Notes under the pieces: generated by a model
Seen by the model: the letters and a program-made list of their open reading frames with translations, nothing else
Databases searched by the model: none
What the model was told of the DNA's origin: nothing
Assembly (NCBI GenBank): GCA_964016885.1
Contig: OZ024743.1
Location: 186,496,001-186,560,000 of the forward strand
Length of the DNA: 64,000 bases
Direction of reading: 5' to 3'
DNA from: Eledone cirrhosa
Lineage: Eukaryota
Position numbers and translations under genes: made by a program
Shown: in pieces, positions 39,098-52,530 of the stretch
How the letters are laid out: each line of letters starts with the position of its first letter
How positions within the stretch are numbered: the stretch's first letter is position 1

Positions 39098-39536
39098 ATC
39101 ATCATCATCATTTTTACATCCGTTTTTCCATGCTTGCATGGGTTGGACTGGTCTTTTCAGTACAGCATCTCTCCACGTGCTGCATTCCTTCATCATCTTC
39201 TTTGTGACGTGAGATAAGCTCTCACCACCTCTGCCCAGATCTTCCTTGGTCTACCTCTACCATGGCTTCATTCCACTGGCATTTCCTGGCACTTCTTCAC
39301 CCAGTAATCATCATCTATGCACATCACATGTCCATACTCATGCAGTCTTCTCTCTTGCATACCACTTCGGAGTCCTCTTAACCCCCCAGCTTCTCCCTTT
39401 GTTCATCCAAGCTATGCCTTTCTCTCACATTTACATTGTACATCCAACGAAGCATTGTTGCTTCATTTCCCTCCTGCCTATGCATGTCTTCTGCAGTCAC
39501 TGCACATGTTTCACTACCGTGCAACATTGCACTTGT
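39098..39536 (-). mobile_element. Older, degenerate RTE 3' fragment
   Basis: (CAT)n tail at 39098-39111. Decayed HGSET/WM/GHVM/GR.RK.W sequence on the minus strand. Confidence 0.75.
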
Positions 39537-41207
39537 GCCAGGAAGAGGCACCACAGCCAGGAAGAGGCACCACAGCCAGGAAGAGGCACCACAGCCCTCT
39601 TCCTTGTGAGGCAGTTACAGGAAAAGTACCTAGCTAAAAGTAAGCCACTCTACCTGGCATTCGTCGATCTCGAGAAAGCCTTTGACAGAGTTCCCTGTGC
39701 TATAATCTGGTGTGCTCTTAGAAAACTAGGAGTAGATGAATGGCTTGTGAAAGCTGTACAAGTCATGTATAGGGGAGCAGTCAGCAAAGTTAGGATTAGC
39801 AATGAGTATAGCGAGGAATTTAGCGTACAGGTCGGTGTCCACCAGGGCTCTGTTCTTAGCCCTCTCCTGTTCATCATAGTCCTGCAGGCAATAACGGAGA
39901 AGTTTAAGACCGGATGCCCATGGGAACTCCTGTATGCAGATGACCTCGCACTTATAGCTGAATCTATGGTAGAACTAGAGAAGAAATTCCAAACTTGGAA
40001 GCAGGGACTAGAAAGAAAGGGTCTCAAAGTCAACCTGACAAAGACTAAGGTCCTTGTAAGTAGACGAGAAAACAGAACCCAGATCCCCTCAGGGAAATGG
40101 CCTTGCTCAGTATGTAGGAAAGGTGTAGGTAGGAACTCCATTCTCTGCCCCAAAGGCAAACAATGGGTACACAAGTGATGTAGTGGGATCTCAGGAAGCT
40201 TAACTAAGAATGTAGGCTTCACATGTAGCAGCTGTGCTGGGACAGCAAGCAGCAAAGAGCCACAGGAAACAAGTACCACCAATCTCTGGGAGAGCTCTGT
40301 AGAAACAGTAGACAGCTTCTGCTACCTAGGTGACCAAATTAGCAGCGGAGGTGGGTGTTCGGAAAGTACAATAACTAGGGTAAGAATGGGATGGAAGAAG
40401 TTCAGGGAGCTATTGCCACTGCTAGCTGCAAAAGGTTTTTCCCTCAAAATGAAAGGCAGACTGTATGATGCGTGTATACGAACAGCAATGTTACATGGTA
40501 GTGAGACCTGGGTGCTGTCTGTAGAAGACTTGCGTAGATTAGAAAGAAACGAAGTCTGCATGCTCCGATGGATGTGTAATAGTAATATACGCAAACGGCA
40601 AAGCATAAATGAATTGAGAGAGTGACTGAGCATAAAAGGAATCAAATGCTGCGTGCAGGAGAGGCGGTTGTGTTGGTATGGAGATGTGATGCGTATGAAG
40701 GATGACAGCTGCATAAAAAGGTGCAGAGCACTAGAAGTCGATGGAAGCCGCAGAGTGGGGAGGCCCAAGAAGACCTGGGATGAGGTGATAAAAGTCGACC
40801 TTACCCAATTACACCTCTCAAAGGCAATGACACATGACTGTGACCTCTGGTGTCACGCAGTAATACAGAAGACCCGACCCCCTACGGGTACAAGCCGAAG
40901 CTGAAGCATATAGACAATATGCCCCCACACCCTCCCACTGCAAAGTGGTCGTGGAGGTGCCACGGCAAAAAAGCACCCAGCCCACACTGTAAAGTGGATG
41001 TGTAGGTGCCACGGAAAAAAGCACCCAGCACTCACTGTAAATGAGGTTGGTGTTAGGAAGGGCATCCAGCTGTAGAAATCAAGCCAGAATCAGTTCCCGT
41101 AGGAGCAAGACAAGGTCAGCCGACCGGACACTGCCCACAACAGGACAACCCGTCTAACCCAATCGAGCATGGAAGAACAGACGTAAAACGGTGATGATGA
41201 TGATGAT
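39537..41207 (+). mobile_element. RTE-clade LINE, family B copy, 5'-truncated
   Basis: GRGTT..LFLVRQLQEKY...YADD. Highly similar to 10511-12090 in inverted orientation. (GAT)n tail at 41191-41207. Confidence 0.95.
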
Positions 41208-42429
41208 ACACAATAATAGCTATCGCAGGGAATTAACAGGGAATTATTCTTCTAAAAATAGTTGATCATCATAAATACCTATATAAGGAGACATAAAAAA
41301 TGTTTATAATGTATACAGTAACAATAAGTTAAATACATGTGTGTATGTGTGTGCACACACACACTTATACTCATTGTCATTCACACACACACACACATGT
41401 ATATATATGTTTATAATTCTATATTGAATCGTATACAAAATGTTCATGTAAACAAACATTTTTGTAGCCTCACTATGAATTTTAAAAGGGGTGATTTATT
41501 CACCACTAGTCTTTAGCAACCAAGGCAAAGTACAATAATCGCGCTTTTTCTGGTTCTTTAATCATTATCAGAAAGGCTGACTCCCCTTGAATAAACCTTG
41601 AAGTTATGGCCCCTTTTATATTCAGAAAATAAATTTTACATGCTGGTCACACGTATTGAGTGCTTCATGCAGTTAATGTTTGAATATTTTAAGTACTACA
41701 AAAGGTTTGGAGGACCCTTAAGTTGTGTCAAGGACATGACAACCTCCCTAGAATTAGTGATTTATGTGATAAAAGCATCCAGTACATGCTGTAAAGTAGT
41801 TAGTGTTAGAAAGGGTATCTAGCTATAGAAAGCTTGCCAAACAAAAGGTTGGGAGGACCCTCCAGTTGTATCAAAGACATGACAACCACCCTAATGCTGG
41901 TGCCACATGTAAGTGAATTGCGAATCCTCAGCCTGTCTGGGAGGTCAGTGGCTGCGCTTCAGTACAGACATGATCTGTGAAGACCTGTCAAACTCTTGCT
42001 AGCAGGGAAAGTGTATATAAAATAATGATGATGATGATGATATATAAATTAAAAAAGGATGTTACATGATGATAATGATATACATATGGAAAAATTAATG
42101 TTAAAGAATGATAATGATGATATACATTTGTTCTATCTAACTACTTGTTATTCTGAGACTTTGCTCTAGAAATAGTACAAAACTCTAGAAATAGTACAAA
42201 ACTAGTGGGACAATTTTGCTTTTTAACAGTCTTGAGTTAATAAAAGAAGTGCAAGCAATAGTTCAGCTTCAGATAGTTCTGATCAAATAGATTGTTTGTT
42301 AGATATTCCCACTCAAAACTTCTTGTCTTTATTTAGACAAAATGTATCTAGGACTACATTTCCAATGGTTCTCTCTTTCAAGACAGTATTTCAAGCAAGT
42401 TGAGAGACTGTATAGTGGTTCATGTGTGG

Positions 42430-43333
42430 TACTATTATGTTTCCTCATATTGTATTGTATGTCTACACCATTTTTATTTTAATTAATTAATTAATTTCTC
42501 CTTGTCTCTGTCTCTGCGCATGCGTTTGCGTGTGTATATAATGTTGGTGTGTGAAAACACACTGTACAAATAATAAATGTGTTATATGTAAAATTAACCC
42601 CCAGATAAACTGTAAAACTAGAAATGTAGTCTATAGCATAAAATGTACAGAGAGTACTTGCAGAAACATGACAACGACATACATAGGTGAGGCATCTCGT
42701 AGCATAGGAGAAAGAATAGACCAATACTGGGGGGGGGGGGACTAAAAGGACAAAAAACCGGTTTGGTACTATACGAACATGCCAGACAAAGACATAACAG
42801 TAATATAGACAACATTGAAATAAAAATAATATCTAAAAACATAGTAATGACTCAACAGGTAGGCAAATCAGAGAAGCAACTGAGATAGAACTAAGAAGAC
42901 TGAAGATGAACAGAAAGACCGAATAGAATATCAACAACAACCATACCCAAACAAATAATACTGACTTAAGGGAAATATAAATAAATAAATAAATATATAC
43001 ACAAGTACAATGACAACAAACACATATAAACACACACTAGTGAACAAAGGTAGAATACAAAAACACATACTTAAAAATACTGACTTAAGAGAAATATAAA
43101 TAAATAAATAAATAAATATATACGCAAGTACAATAGCAACAAACACATATAAACACACACTAGTGAACAAAGATAAAATACGAAAACAAAAACACATACG
43201 CTCATATGCGAACACACACACCAAACATACACACACGCAAACGCAGAGACAGAGACAAGAAGAAATAAATAAATTAATAAAAATAAAAATGGTGTAGACA
43301 TACAATACAATATGAGGAAACATAATAGTACCA
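42430..43333 (+). mobile_element. 5'-truncated Penelope-like element (GIY-YIG) bounded by ~120-bp inverted repeats
   Basis: CKTRNVVYSIKC..STC....YIGEASRSIGERI. 42430-42553 is the reverse complement of about 43214-43333. Internal ~119-bp tandem duplication at 42955-43200. Confidence 0.85.
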
Positions 43334-43598
43334 CTGATGATGTTGCAGATGTGCAATGAAAGAACTTTGATAGACTATATATATATATTTATATCTGTAT
43401 TTTTAACCACTGGTCAATCAATGACAAACATTGATTGCCAAATAAATTAACTATGGAGATATAAAAGATACAGAAGCGAAAACCAACCAAACAATATGAC
43501 CCTCCCCAAGTATAACAATATTTGTTTTGACACACAATTTCATATCAAAAGCCTTGCAAAACATATATATATATATATATATACACACCTGCACACCT

Positions 43599-43662
<64 letters not shown>

Positions 43663-43827
43663 GTTGGCATTAGGAAGGGCATACAGCTGTAGAAAACCAG
43701 CCAGAAACAGTTCTATACGAGTGAGACACGGTTACCTGACCAATCTTGCCTCAAGTGGGACAAACCCGTGTAACCCATGCTAGCGTGGAAGATGAACGTA
43801 AATGATGATGATGATGATATATATATA

Positions 43828-44175
43828 TGGAGGCACATGGCTTAGTGGTTAGAGCATTGGCCTTGCAATCGAAAGGTTGTGAGTTCAATTCTCAGACCGG
43901 GTGATGTGTTGTTTCCTTGAGCAAGACACTTTATTTCACATTGCTCCAGTTTACTCAGCTGTAGAAATGAGATGATAGGGACTGGTGTCCCTACCATTCC
44001 ATTGCAAAGTGGTCGTGCAGGTGCCACGGTAAAAAAGCACCCAGCACTCACTGTAAATGAGGTTGGTATTAGGAAGGGCATCCAGCTGTAGAAATCAAGC
44101 CAGAATCAGTTCCCGTCCCACCCTTGCAAGCAGGGAAAAGCAGACGTAAAATGAAATGATGATGAAAATGATGAT
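43828..44175 (+). mobile_element. tRNA-headed SINE with RTE-derived tail
   Basis: A-box TGGCTTAGTGG, B-box GAGTTCAATTC and an (ATG)n tail. Near-identical to 48579-48925. Confidence 0.9.
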
Positions 44176-44876
44176 ATATATATTTAAAGGTTAAACAAGG
44201 TTCAATGAATAAATCAAAGAATGAGTTTTACAATAGATTGGAAGCACTCAACAGTTATGGTTTTCCAGAGTTATTAATATTAATTCAAAATATTAACAAA
44301 ATAGATATTCTTGTGATCTGAAATATGTATAATAAAATATACTTGATCACAAGAATATCTATTTTGTTAATATTTTGAATTAATATATATATATATATAT
44401 ATATATATCTTTCATATTGGAAAGGCTTACTGCGAATCAGCTCTAGAAAGCAGCAGCTAATGTGTGGAAAATATGGAGCTATGTTGTGGATGGAATTTCC
44501 AAGATGAGATGGCATGGGATTGAGAGGAATAATGATAAACCATATGGCAGGTTCATCATAACAGCTAAAAAACTGAGACATTTAGAAATACTGTATTATG
44601 TATAAGTGTGATGGAGGGCCTTTGTAGGCTCTCTCAATCACACTACTAAGTTGTAATGATTATAATGATGTTGTTCAAAATGAAGATGATGTTAATGATG
44701 TCTTATAATTGATTTCCTTCAAATATTTTTAAGAGTAACTTTTCTTTGACAATTTTATTCAAAACAAATTCCTTAATAAAAGAAGTCTGCATAATGAGAA
44801 ATCAGGCTACTTAAATTTCAAAAGGCAATTGGATAAAATAGAAATCTGATATTAATGAATGATGAAAAGTAATTAC

Positions 44877-44926
44877 CTGCACACGTTCCTCTACGTCAGC
44901 CAAAGTGGATATATGAGTGTAGAAAC
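44877..44926 (-). CDS. CACNA2D: alpha2delta exon 2 ((G)FYTHISTLADVEERVQ)
   Basis: ttctggcag/GT...CAG/gtaatt, 50 nt, phase 1-0. Matches GFFTQISTLADVQENV of alpha2delta-3. Confidence 0.97.
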
Positions 44927-46293
44927 CTGCCAGAATAAAACAAAAACAAATTAGATTTCTTTATTCATTCATTCTAGATTCAGAACATTGTTTTTACACA
45001 AATATACCTTACTCATCACAAGGCCTTGCACACACATGTATACATCCATAAACATTCATATATACACACACATGTTTATATGTATTAATATATGTATGCA
45101 TGCATACATTCACATAAATATAGACATGCACACACATAAAGATACATATATTTACATACATATACATGCATGTATGTATATATATTTACATACATACATA
45201 ATACATACATACATACATACAAATTAATTTTTTAATATTTGTTTCATAAGACTCAATGTTAAATTGTGTGTTGAAGCAGATATCGTTTTATGTTCAGAGA
45301 ATAATCTGCTAATAAAAATACATGCATTATTGCAGTCCATATTATTATTACTATTATTATTATTACTATAAATTAAAGGTGGTAGGCTGGAAGTATCGGT
45401 AGAACATTGGTTAACATGCTTTGTGGTATAGAGTTACAGTTCTTTATGTTCTGAGTTCAAATCCCACCAAGGTTAGATTTGTCTTTCATCAATAAAATAA
45501 AGCAACAGTAATGCACTGAGATCGATTTAATCGACTTACCCCTCCCCCAAAATTGATGGCCTGTGCCATATAATAGAAATCCTTATTAAGGGTGGTGGAT
45601 TGGCAGTATTCTTAGAGCATCAGACAAATATTAGCAGTATTTGTTCCAAGTCTTTTCTTTCTGAGTTCAAATCCCACTGAGGTCAACTTTGCCTGTCATC
45701 CTTCTGAAGTCAATAAATAAAGTACTAATCAAGCACCGAAGTCAATATAATTGATTTTTTCTTCCCCTTAGAATTATTAGTTTTCTACCAAAATTAAAAA
45801 CCAATAATATTATTAGTTAATTAATTTATCTATTAATTAAATGGCTTGTCAAAATCTTTCATCACATAACCATGGCCTTTTCTATGATTTCCTTCCTCTT
45901 TTTTCTCCATTGTGTCTGATCTTTATATGTATTTCAGTGTGTGATGTTGCTGCATGTAGTTTCCTTTTTTTCATTACACACACCCACCCACATATATATA
46001 TATACACATCAATCATCACCGTTTAGCATACATTTTTCCATGCTTGCATGGGTTAGATGGGATGTCCACACTAGTAGGCAAGTCTGGCTAGAGTTGTAGG
46101 TACATATACACACACACATATACATGTTCTGTCAACTGCGTAGCTAACAGAGCTTGAGTTATTTTTGTCTGTCAAATTTCAATCACATAAAATTAGTCAA
46201 CCTGAAATTATAGCAGAGAAACTTGTCCAAGGTGCTACACAACCAAAACCATGAGGTTGGGAAGCAAACTCATTAACTACACAACTATGCCAG

Positions 46294-46368
<75 letters not shown>

Positions 46369-46526
46369 CAAGGAAGTGTGGTAAGGAATCAGATGGACCA
46401 TAGCGCACCAGAGTACTCAATACTTAGGGTAGTAGAGTGGGTAATAGGAAAATGTTTAACCCTGACAGCAGGGCTCAAGCCGTTGAAATGGCTTGAGCTC
46501 TGCCGTCGGGGTTAAACATTTTCCTT

Positions 46527-46563
<37 letters not shown>

Positions 46564-46631
46564 TAAGTATTTCCATAGAAAAGGTAAAGGAAAAAATAGT
46601 GCTCTATGTATTGTACAGAGCTATTTGATTA

Positions 46632-46818
46632 CATAATAAATAACACACTATAATTATTTCATTACCGAAGGTTTCAAGAAACTAAATGATTCTTGCAAGG
46701 AACATCCAGTTCATTTGTCAAACATCTGACGAATGAACTGGATGTACAATGCAAGAATCATCTAGTTTCTTGAAACCTTCGGTAATAAAATAATTATATT
46801 GTGGTGTTTATTATGTTA
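46632..46818. ncRNA. Palindrome containing a hammerhead motif (46724-46786 +)
   Basis: CTGACGA-AT-GAACTGGATG...CATCTAGTTT-CTT-GAAA-CC-TTC-GG-TA. Stem I is truncated by the fold-back point. The mirror arm has a mutated core (TTGACAA). Confidence 0.65.
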
Positions 46819-48395
46819 TAGGGGATTAACATGAGTCTTTATCTCCGTTTTTTAATTTGATATATATATCATTATCATTTCGTTTAATGTCTATTTTCCA
46901 TGGTTAGATGGGTTTTCACATTGAGACAAGTCAGGTCAGGTGACCATGTCTTCTCATACAGATCTGTTCTTGGCTTGGTTTCTATGGCTGGATGCCCTTC
47001 TTATCAGCAATCTCTTTACAGAGTGTATTGGGTGTGTTTTACCATTGCACCATCACTAGGGAGGTTGGTGGTAATTGATTCAACTGAAGAGTCCTCTCTA
47101 CCTTATGGAGGAGTGAGAATAAGATGGAAGGATAGGGTGTGGATCTAAGGAGTATGATAAGTATAATATAGGTAAGTGACGATAAGTGGGGAATGATGAC
47201 AATACAATGTTCCGGGTACATTTTCATGGTATAAACATTAACTTTATAGGGTGTACTGGGGGTATGTTATCATGGCACAAGTATAATGGAGGTTGTCAGA
47301 CTAAAGATTCCTCTCAAACTCTATATTGTCTCTGTTTAATCACCAACACTGTAGTCAGTTTCCATCCACTTCAAGCACTTGGAGGATTTTTCTACAAGTC
47401 TCCTCTTATGCATCATATGACCAGCTCATTCATGCTGTCATTTACAGATTGTGAAGTAATTTGGATAGCAGAACTCCAAAGGTCTTCATCCCTCTTTACT
47501 TCTCCTCCTAAATGTCCATAGGATCTATGTACAACATGTAATCAATCCTGATGTTGTCCAACGTATCCATTAAAATCACTATCCAGGATAATAATGTCTC
47601 TATCATTCATCAATGAAGTACTGCAAGAGAACTAATAGAATGCAATTCCAGGTTGGAGTGCATATACAGAAAAGAAATTCTAATAATTGAATTACCCAGG
47701 ATTAGTCTAAGATTATAACGATCTTTGACTACCCCAATTACCTTATCTACCCATTTTCAGCCTATGCAATCATTTGTACATATGCAGAAGAACCTATACC
47801 TATGTTCCTTGCACATATGGAGTCTAGCTGAATCACCTCTCCTTCTTACTTTTTGCACACAGAATATATCCAAGCATTTTCATTCAACCGAAGTTTAGAA
47901 GATGCAGAAAAAAGGCTAGCTTGTTGTATGTCATCTGTATTTGAGAGAGGGAGAGAGAGAGACAGAGAGAGAGAGTCGCTATAATTGCTTCATGACAGTT
48001 AGTGGTATCTTATTCATAGTCAGATGTTTTGATATCACTAAGGACTGATACTGATACCACCAAACCATTTACAACTATTTATAATGCAGGGGGCACAACA
48101 AATGGGAAAGCAAAAAAAAAAATCAGGAACTAGTTGAGGGAGACAATGAAAAAGAGGACTGGAGATGAGAAGTTGAGGAGGCTTTAGGTGGGTGAAGTTG
48201 CCAAATATATACATACATATATATTGTTTACCTTTTTCACTCTTTCACTGGGTATCTTAGACATGTAAGGTATATATTATTGGTATTTAATCGATTCTGA
48301 AGAGTTTATTCTGACAAGAATGGAATATTTTTGTTAGTCTAACGAAACTGTCATAAATCAATTAAATGCTTTAATTAAAAGGCTTGTTAATCTTT

Positions 48396-48539
<144 letters not shown>

Positions 48540-48578
48540 GCACATCTCTTCACACATGCATATATATATATATTCAAT

Positions 48579-48925
48579 GGAGGCACATGGCTTAGTGGTT
48601 AGAGCATTGGCCTTGCAATCGAAAGGTGGTGAGTTCAATTCTCAGACCGGGTGATGTATTGTTTCCTTGAGCAAGACACTTTATTTCACATTGCTCCAGT
48701 TTACTCAGCTGTAGAAATGAGATGATAGGGACTGGGGTACCTATCATTCCACTGCAAAGTGGTCATGGAGGTGCCACGGCAAAAAAGCACCCACCACTCA
48801 CTATAAATGAGGTTGGTGTTAGGGAGGGCATCCAGCTGTAGAAATCAAGCCAGAATCAGTTCCCGTCCCACCCTTGCAAGCAGGGAGAAAGCAGATGTAA
48901 AATGAAATTAAAAAATGAAATGATA
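48579..48925 (+). mobile_element. tRNA-headed SINE with RTE-derived tail (second copy)
   Basis: Near-identical to 43828-44175. Confidence 0.9.
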
Positions 48926-49229
48926 TATATATATATATATCAAAACTGATGCTTCACTCTATTACTACTCAAAATTTCTCACTCTCTTTCATTATACAAA
49001 TAATAAAGAAATCCTTATACAAATTAGACTCAGTATAGTAATAGAGTGAATCTTTCACCTTGAACAAATAAATAAATTTTACATGTATTGAGTACTTTTT
49101 CTCTCATCTGTACACTCAAGTTCACATACACATTCCCACACACATAATACACACAGTCTCAGAGACATACTTGTATGTACAAGTATATATAAAGATATAA
49201 TTGAAAATTATTATCTAAATGACTAATAC

Positions 49230-49308
49230 CTTTATTTGCACCTGCCATCCATCTTAATTGACGGTTGTCAGCTACTTCTCTTCCTATGAGATAAGGAAAT
49301 ATTCTCAC
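49230..49308 (-). CDS. CACNA2D: alpha2delta exon 1 of 8 found (VRIFPYLIGREVADNRQLRWMAGANK-G), VWA domain end
   Basis: ttctatcaag/GTG...AAAG/gtatta, 79 nt, phase 0-1. Matches VRIFTYLIGRE...LKWMACANKG of alpha2delta-3. Confidence 0.96.
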
Positions 49309-49789
49309 CTTGATAGAAGAAAACAAAAGCAGCTGAGAAAAATTTTGCAGTTAAGTGATAAAAGAGAAAACTAATTCTGTAAAAATTTGCAACATTGTTG
49401 CTGCTTTATTAGATTTTGTCTTATAGAAAATAGATATGATTTGCTTTGATAATTTTTGTTACATGGTTTCAGAATGACTCAAAAGTAGTTAAACAGAAGC
49501 TACATTACAAGCTACATAAATGATTATCAAAGATAGCTGTTGAAATAATGAATGGTGAGGTGAAAGATAACATGAAGATAAATTTGTTACTGATATATGA
49601 TTCAGCATTTAGAACTGGACATGTGTTAATAAACAAAGTCTGGTAGATAGTAGAAAAGCTCATAACTTGAAATTTCAATTTATATCTTAATATAATAATA
49701 AGATTATAAATAAAAAGAAATAGAAATATAATAACACAATGCTTACAGAACAAAAGCACAAACGATTATAATATAAAGGAAGGGGTGGA

Positions 49790-51040
49790 CAACTGAGCTG
49801 CTATAAGAGTAAAAGATAACAGTATCGCGAGGAGCACTGGGAAACCTCTCTAATGATTTTTGAGTCAAGCCAGCATGCTTGCAGCGTTACCTCGGGTGAT
49901 GGCCAGGCTGATGCGTTGGAACAACCAAGCGCCCTGCGAGATTCACCAGTTACCTCTGTTACGCGAGCCACCAGTGAAGATAGGAATCTCGCAGTCAGTA
50001 GCCTGACTTCACCAAACATATCAAACGCCACAGGCTGGAAAATGTAGTTGGCCGACAGATCATCCAGGATGTGGGAAGAAGCAAAAGAGTCACTAACTGT
50101 GATGTCACAGACAAGGCACCTGTCTTTTGACCAGGGGCACAGGGTAAGGGCATCAGGTCTTTTCCCATGACTCCTTGACAATGGTTCCAAGATTGAGGGG
50201 ATGTTTGCCCAGGCCAAAGATCTCTTGGGAATAAGGTTTAGCTCTGTGTGACATGCAAAGAGACTGGCATTCAGGCAGCAAGAAAGACCGTGGAGGCCTG
50301 TGGAGTTGAGGAGTTTTCCACATCAAAACCTCACACCCATACAGACGTCAGCTCCCACTCTGAGGGCAATGGAGACATGAAGTTCATCCAAGCTGAGTAG
50401 GCCACCAATGTTAGCCATGAGTATTTGGTGCTGGCAGACAGTAAGTGGCACCTTGCAAACTAATCCAACTGGCTGAAGAGAGAGTCGAAGGCGGCCTTCG
50501 AATTTATGCTGATCCAAGCTCTCTGACTTCGACTGTATTCTACCTTCTCAGGATCAGACAAGCCCAACTCACTCCATTGTTGGAGAGCTTCATCCGACTC
50601 CCTGTTGGAACTAGTTCATGTTGGAGAGGAGAGGATGTTGCTCACCAGGGTCGAGCAAGCGTCTTCAATTGGAAGATTGACTCGAAGGCAAGGTCTGTAA
50701 TTGAGGTTCCTAAGAAGCACCAAGCTGATGGGGAAGGGACTGCAATGGAAGGGAAGGACACCGTAAGTAGGTCGATTGTCTGTTGGTGTTGAGAAGCCGG
50801 GTGGTTGAGGATCCAGCGTTCACATTTGGAGCTATTGACCTGGAGACGCCGATGGCCAAGCTCCTCAACCATTTTGTTAGCACTGGTGAGAACCTTATCG
50901 AGAGTTCCCCTCAAACAAACATCGTCGAGATACCAGACGTTGAGGCCCAACTCAGCCCCCATTTTGGTGATGTCATTAATGCCCAGTGCAAACAGAGTGG
51001 GCCTGAGTGGGTCACCGTTGGATACCTTGATATTAACATG
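49790..51040 (-). mobile_element. Degenerate CRE-clade-like non-LTR retrotransposon (RT plus RLE)
   Basis: GDPLRPTLFAL and VWYLDD (RT). SRSHGKRPDALTL.PW...CLVCDITVSDS is a PD..D restriction-like endonuclease motif. Confidence 0.78.
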
Positions 51041-51329
51041 CATATTTCTACAGTGAATAAAAATATTTTCTTGGGGAAATTAATTAGGTTATGATTCTGC
51101 TACTACTACTATTAATGTCTTCAGTTGTTCCCTTTACAAGTTTCAATGTATATCTATCTAGTAATAAAACCTGTGAATACAAAAAAGCTTAACAAATAAA
51201 GTCCTCACTCAATTATAAATAAATAGATAGAATAACATTTTTCAAAAATTTCACAAACTGATGAAATAAAATATAAAATATAAAACCTAAGAAGATTTAT
51301 ATAATTATTGAAGCTGAGTATATATGATT

Positions 51330-52530
51330 TTAGACGAAATGTGTGGAAAGATGTGGGTTAAAGACAGCCCAATCAACTCTGAATACTTTCCTGCTGGTAA
51401 AACATTTCAAGGCTGCCTCTGTGAATTGTGGCACAGTGAAAAGACCAGGTGAAATTGTGGAGATGCTGGAGGAGCAGAGATTAGATGTGTTTGTGTAAGA
51501 AGTAAGGGGAGTCTCAACCAGACTCCTCATGGGCAAAGAGCACAGAAATATACTTTTCTGAGTTGGTAACAATAATGGAGCAGGTGAAACTGGCATTCTG
51601 CTAGTTGAAAAGGGGGTAGATAAAGTAGTTAGAGTATGTGACAGAATCATCAAGCTCAGAATAGTTATAGGCAATAGAATGACAACACTTATCTCCATTT
51701 ATGCTATCATTAGTTTGCAGAAAAGAAGTAGGCAGAACCTCTAAATAGTGTAACCAGTGTAAATTTTAGGTACTTTAAGACATTTATTGGGATCACAGGC
51801 AAGCTAAAAGAAAAAAAAAGATTTTGTAGGCATCACCAATGAAATAGACACTTCCCAATCTAAGGAAGGCTCCATAGAAATATTTGATAGATTCTTTTAC
51901 CAAGGTGACAGCATTAACAATGGAGGACAATGCTCTGAGTAGATAGTAGCCAGAAGAAAAACATGGTGGAAAAAGTTCAGGGAGCTATTACCTCTGCTGG
52001 TAATGAAAAGTTTCTGTCTCAGAGCAAAGGAATAATTATATGATGTCTCCATGTGAAGTGTGATATTGCACAGTAGGGGTCTTGAGCATTGATAGCAGAG
52101 GATGTGCTAAGATTAGAAAGAAATGAGTTCAGCATGCTCCACTGGATGTGTAATATTAGTATGCTTGAAAAACAAAGCCAAGATGATTGGAGGAATCCTG
52201 GGCATATGGGGAATCAGATGTAGTATGCAGGAGAATGGGGAATCAGATGTAGTATGCAGGAGAGAAAATGGTGCTGGTATAAACACATCATGTATATAGA
52301 TTATGGTTGTTGGGTGAAGTAGTGCCAAGAGTTCCATGTGTAAAGGAGCTGTAGAAGAGGAAGACCAAGGAAAACATGGGCTGAAGTAGAATGGGTGACA
52401 GCTGACCTGAAAATGCTTAAATTCATAGATAAGATAACAAAGGAAAGGATTAGGTAGAAGAAAGTTGTAGTGAGAAGATTCATCAACCCATGCAAGCACG
52501 GAAAAGCAAATGTAAAAAGGATGATTAAAG
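51330..52530 (+). mobile_element. Highly degenerate RTE element (APE start and C-terminal fragments)
   Basis: Decayed homology to the window's RTE copies (WKKFRELLPLL, RLERNE..ML.WMC, GRPRKTW) and a similar 3' end. Confidence 0.7.

Noticed and set aside
43828-43900. tRNA gene
   Set aside because: A and B boxes are present but there is no complete acceptor stem, and the sequence continues into a SINE body found in multiple copies.
47200-47940. Degenerate LINE RT on the minus strand
   Set aside because: Too decayed to assign with confidence.
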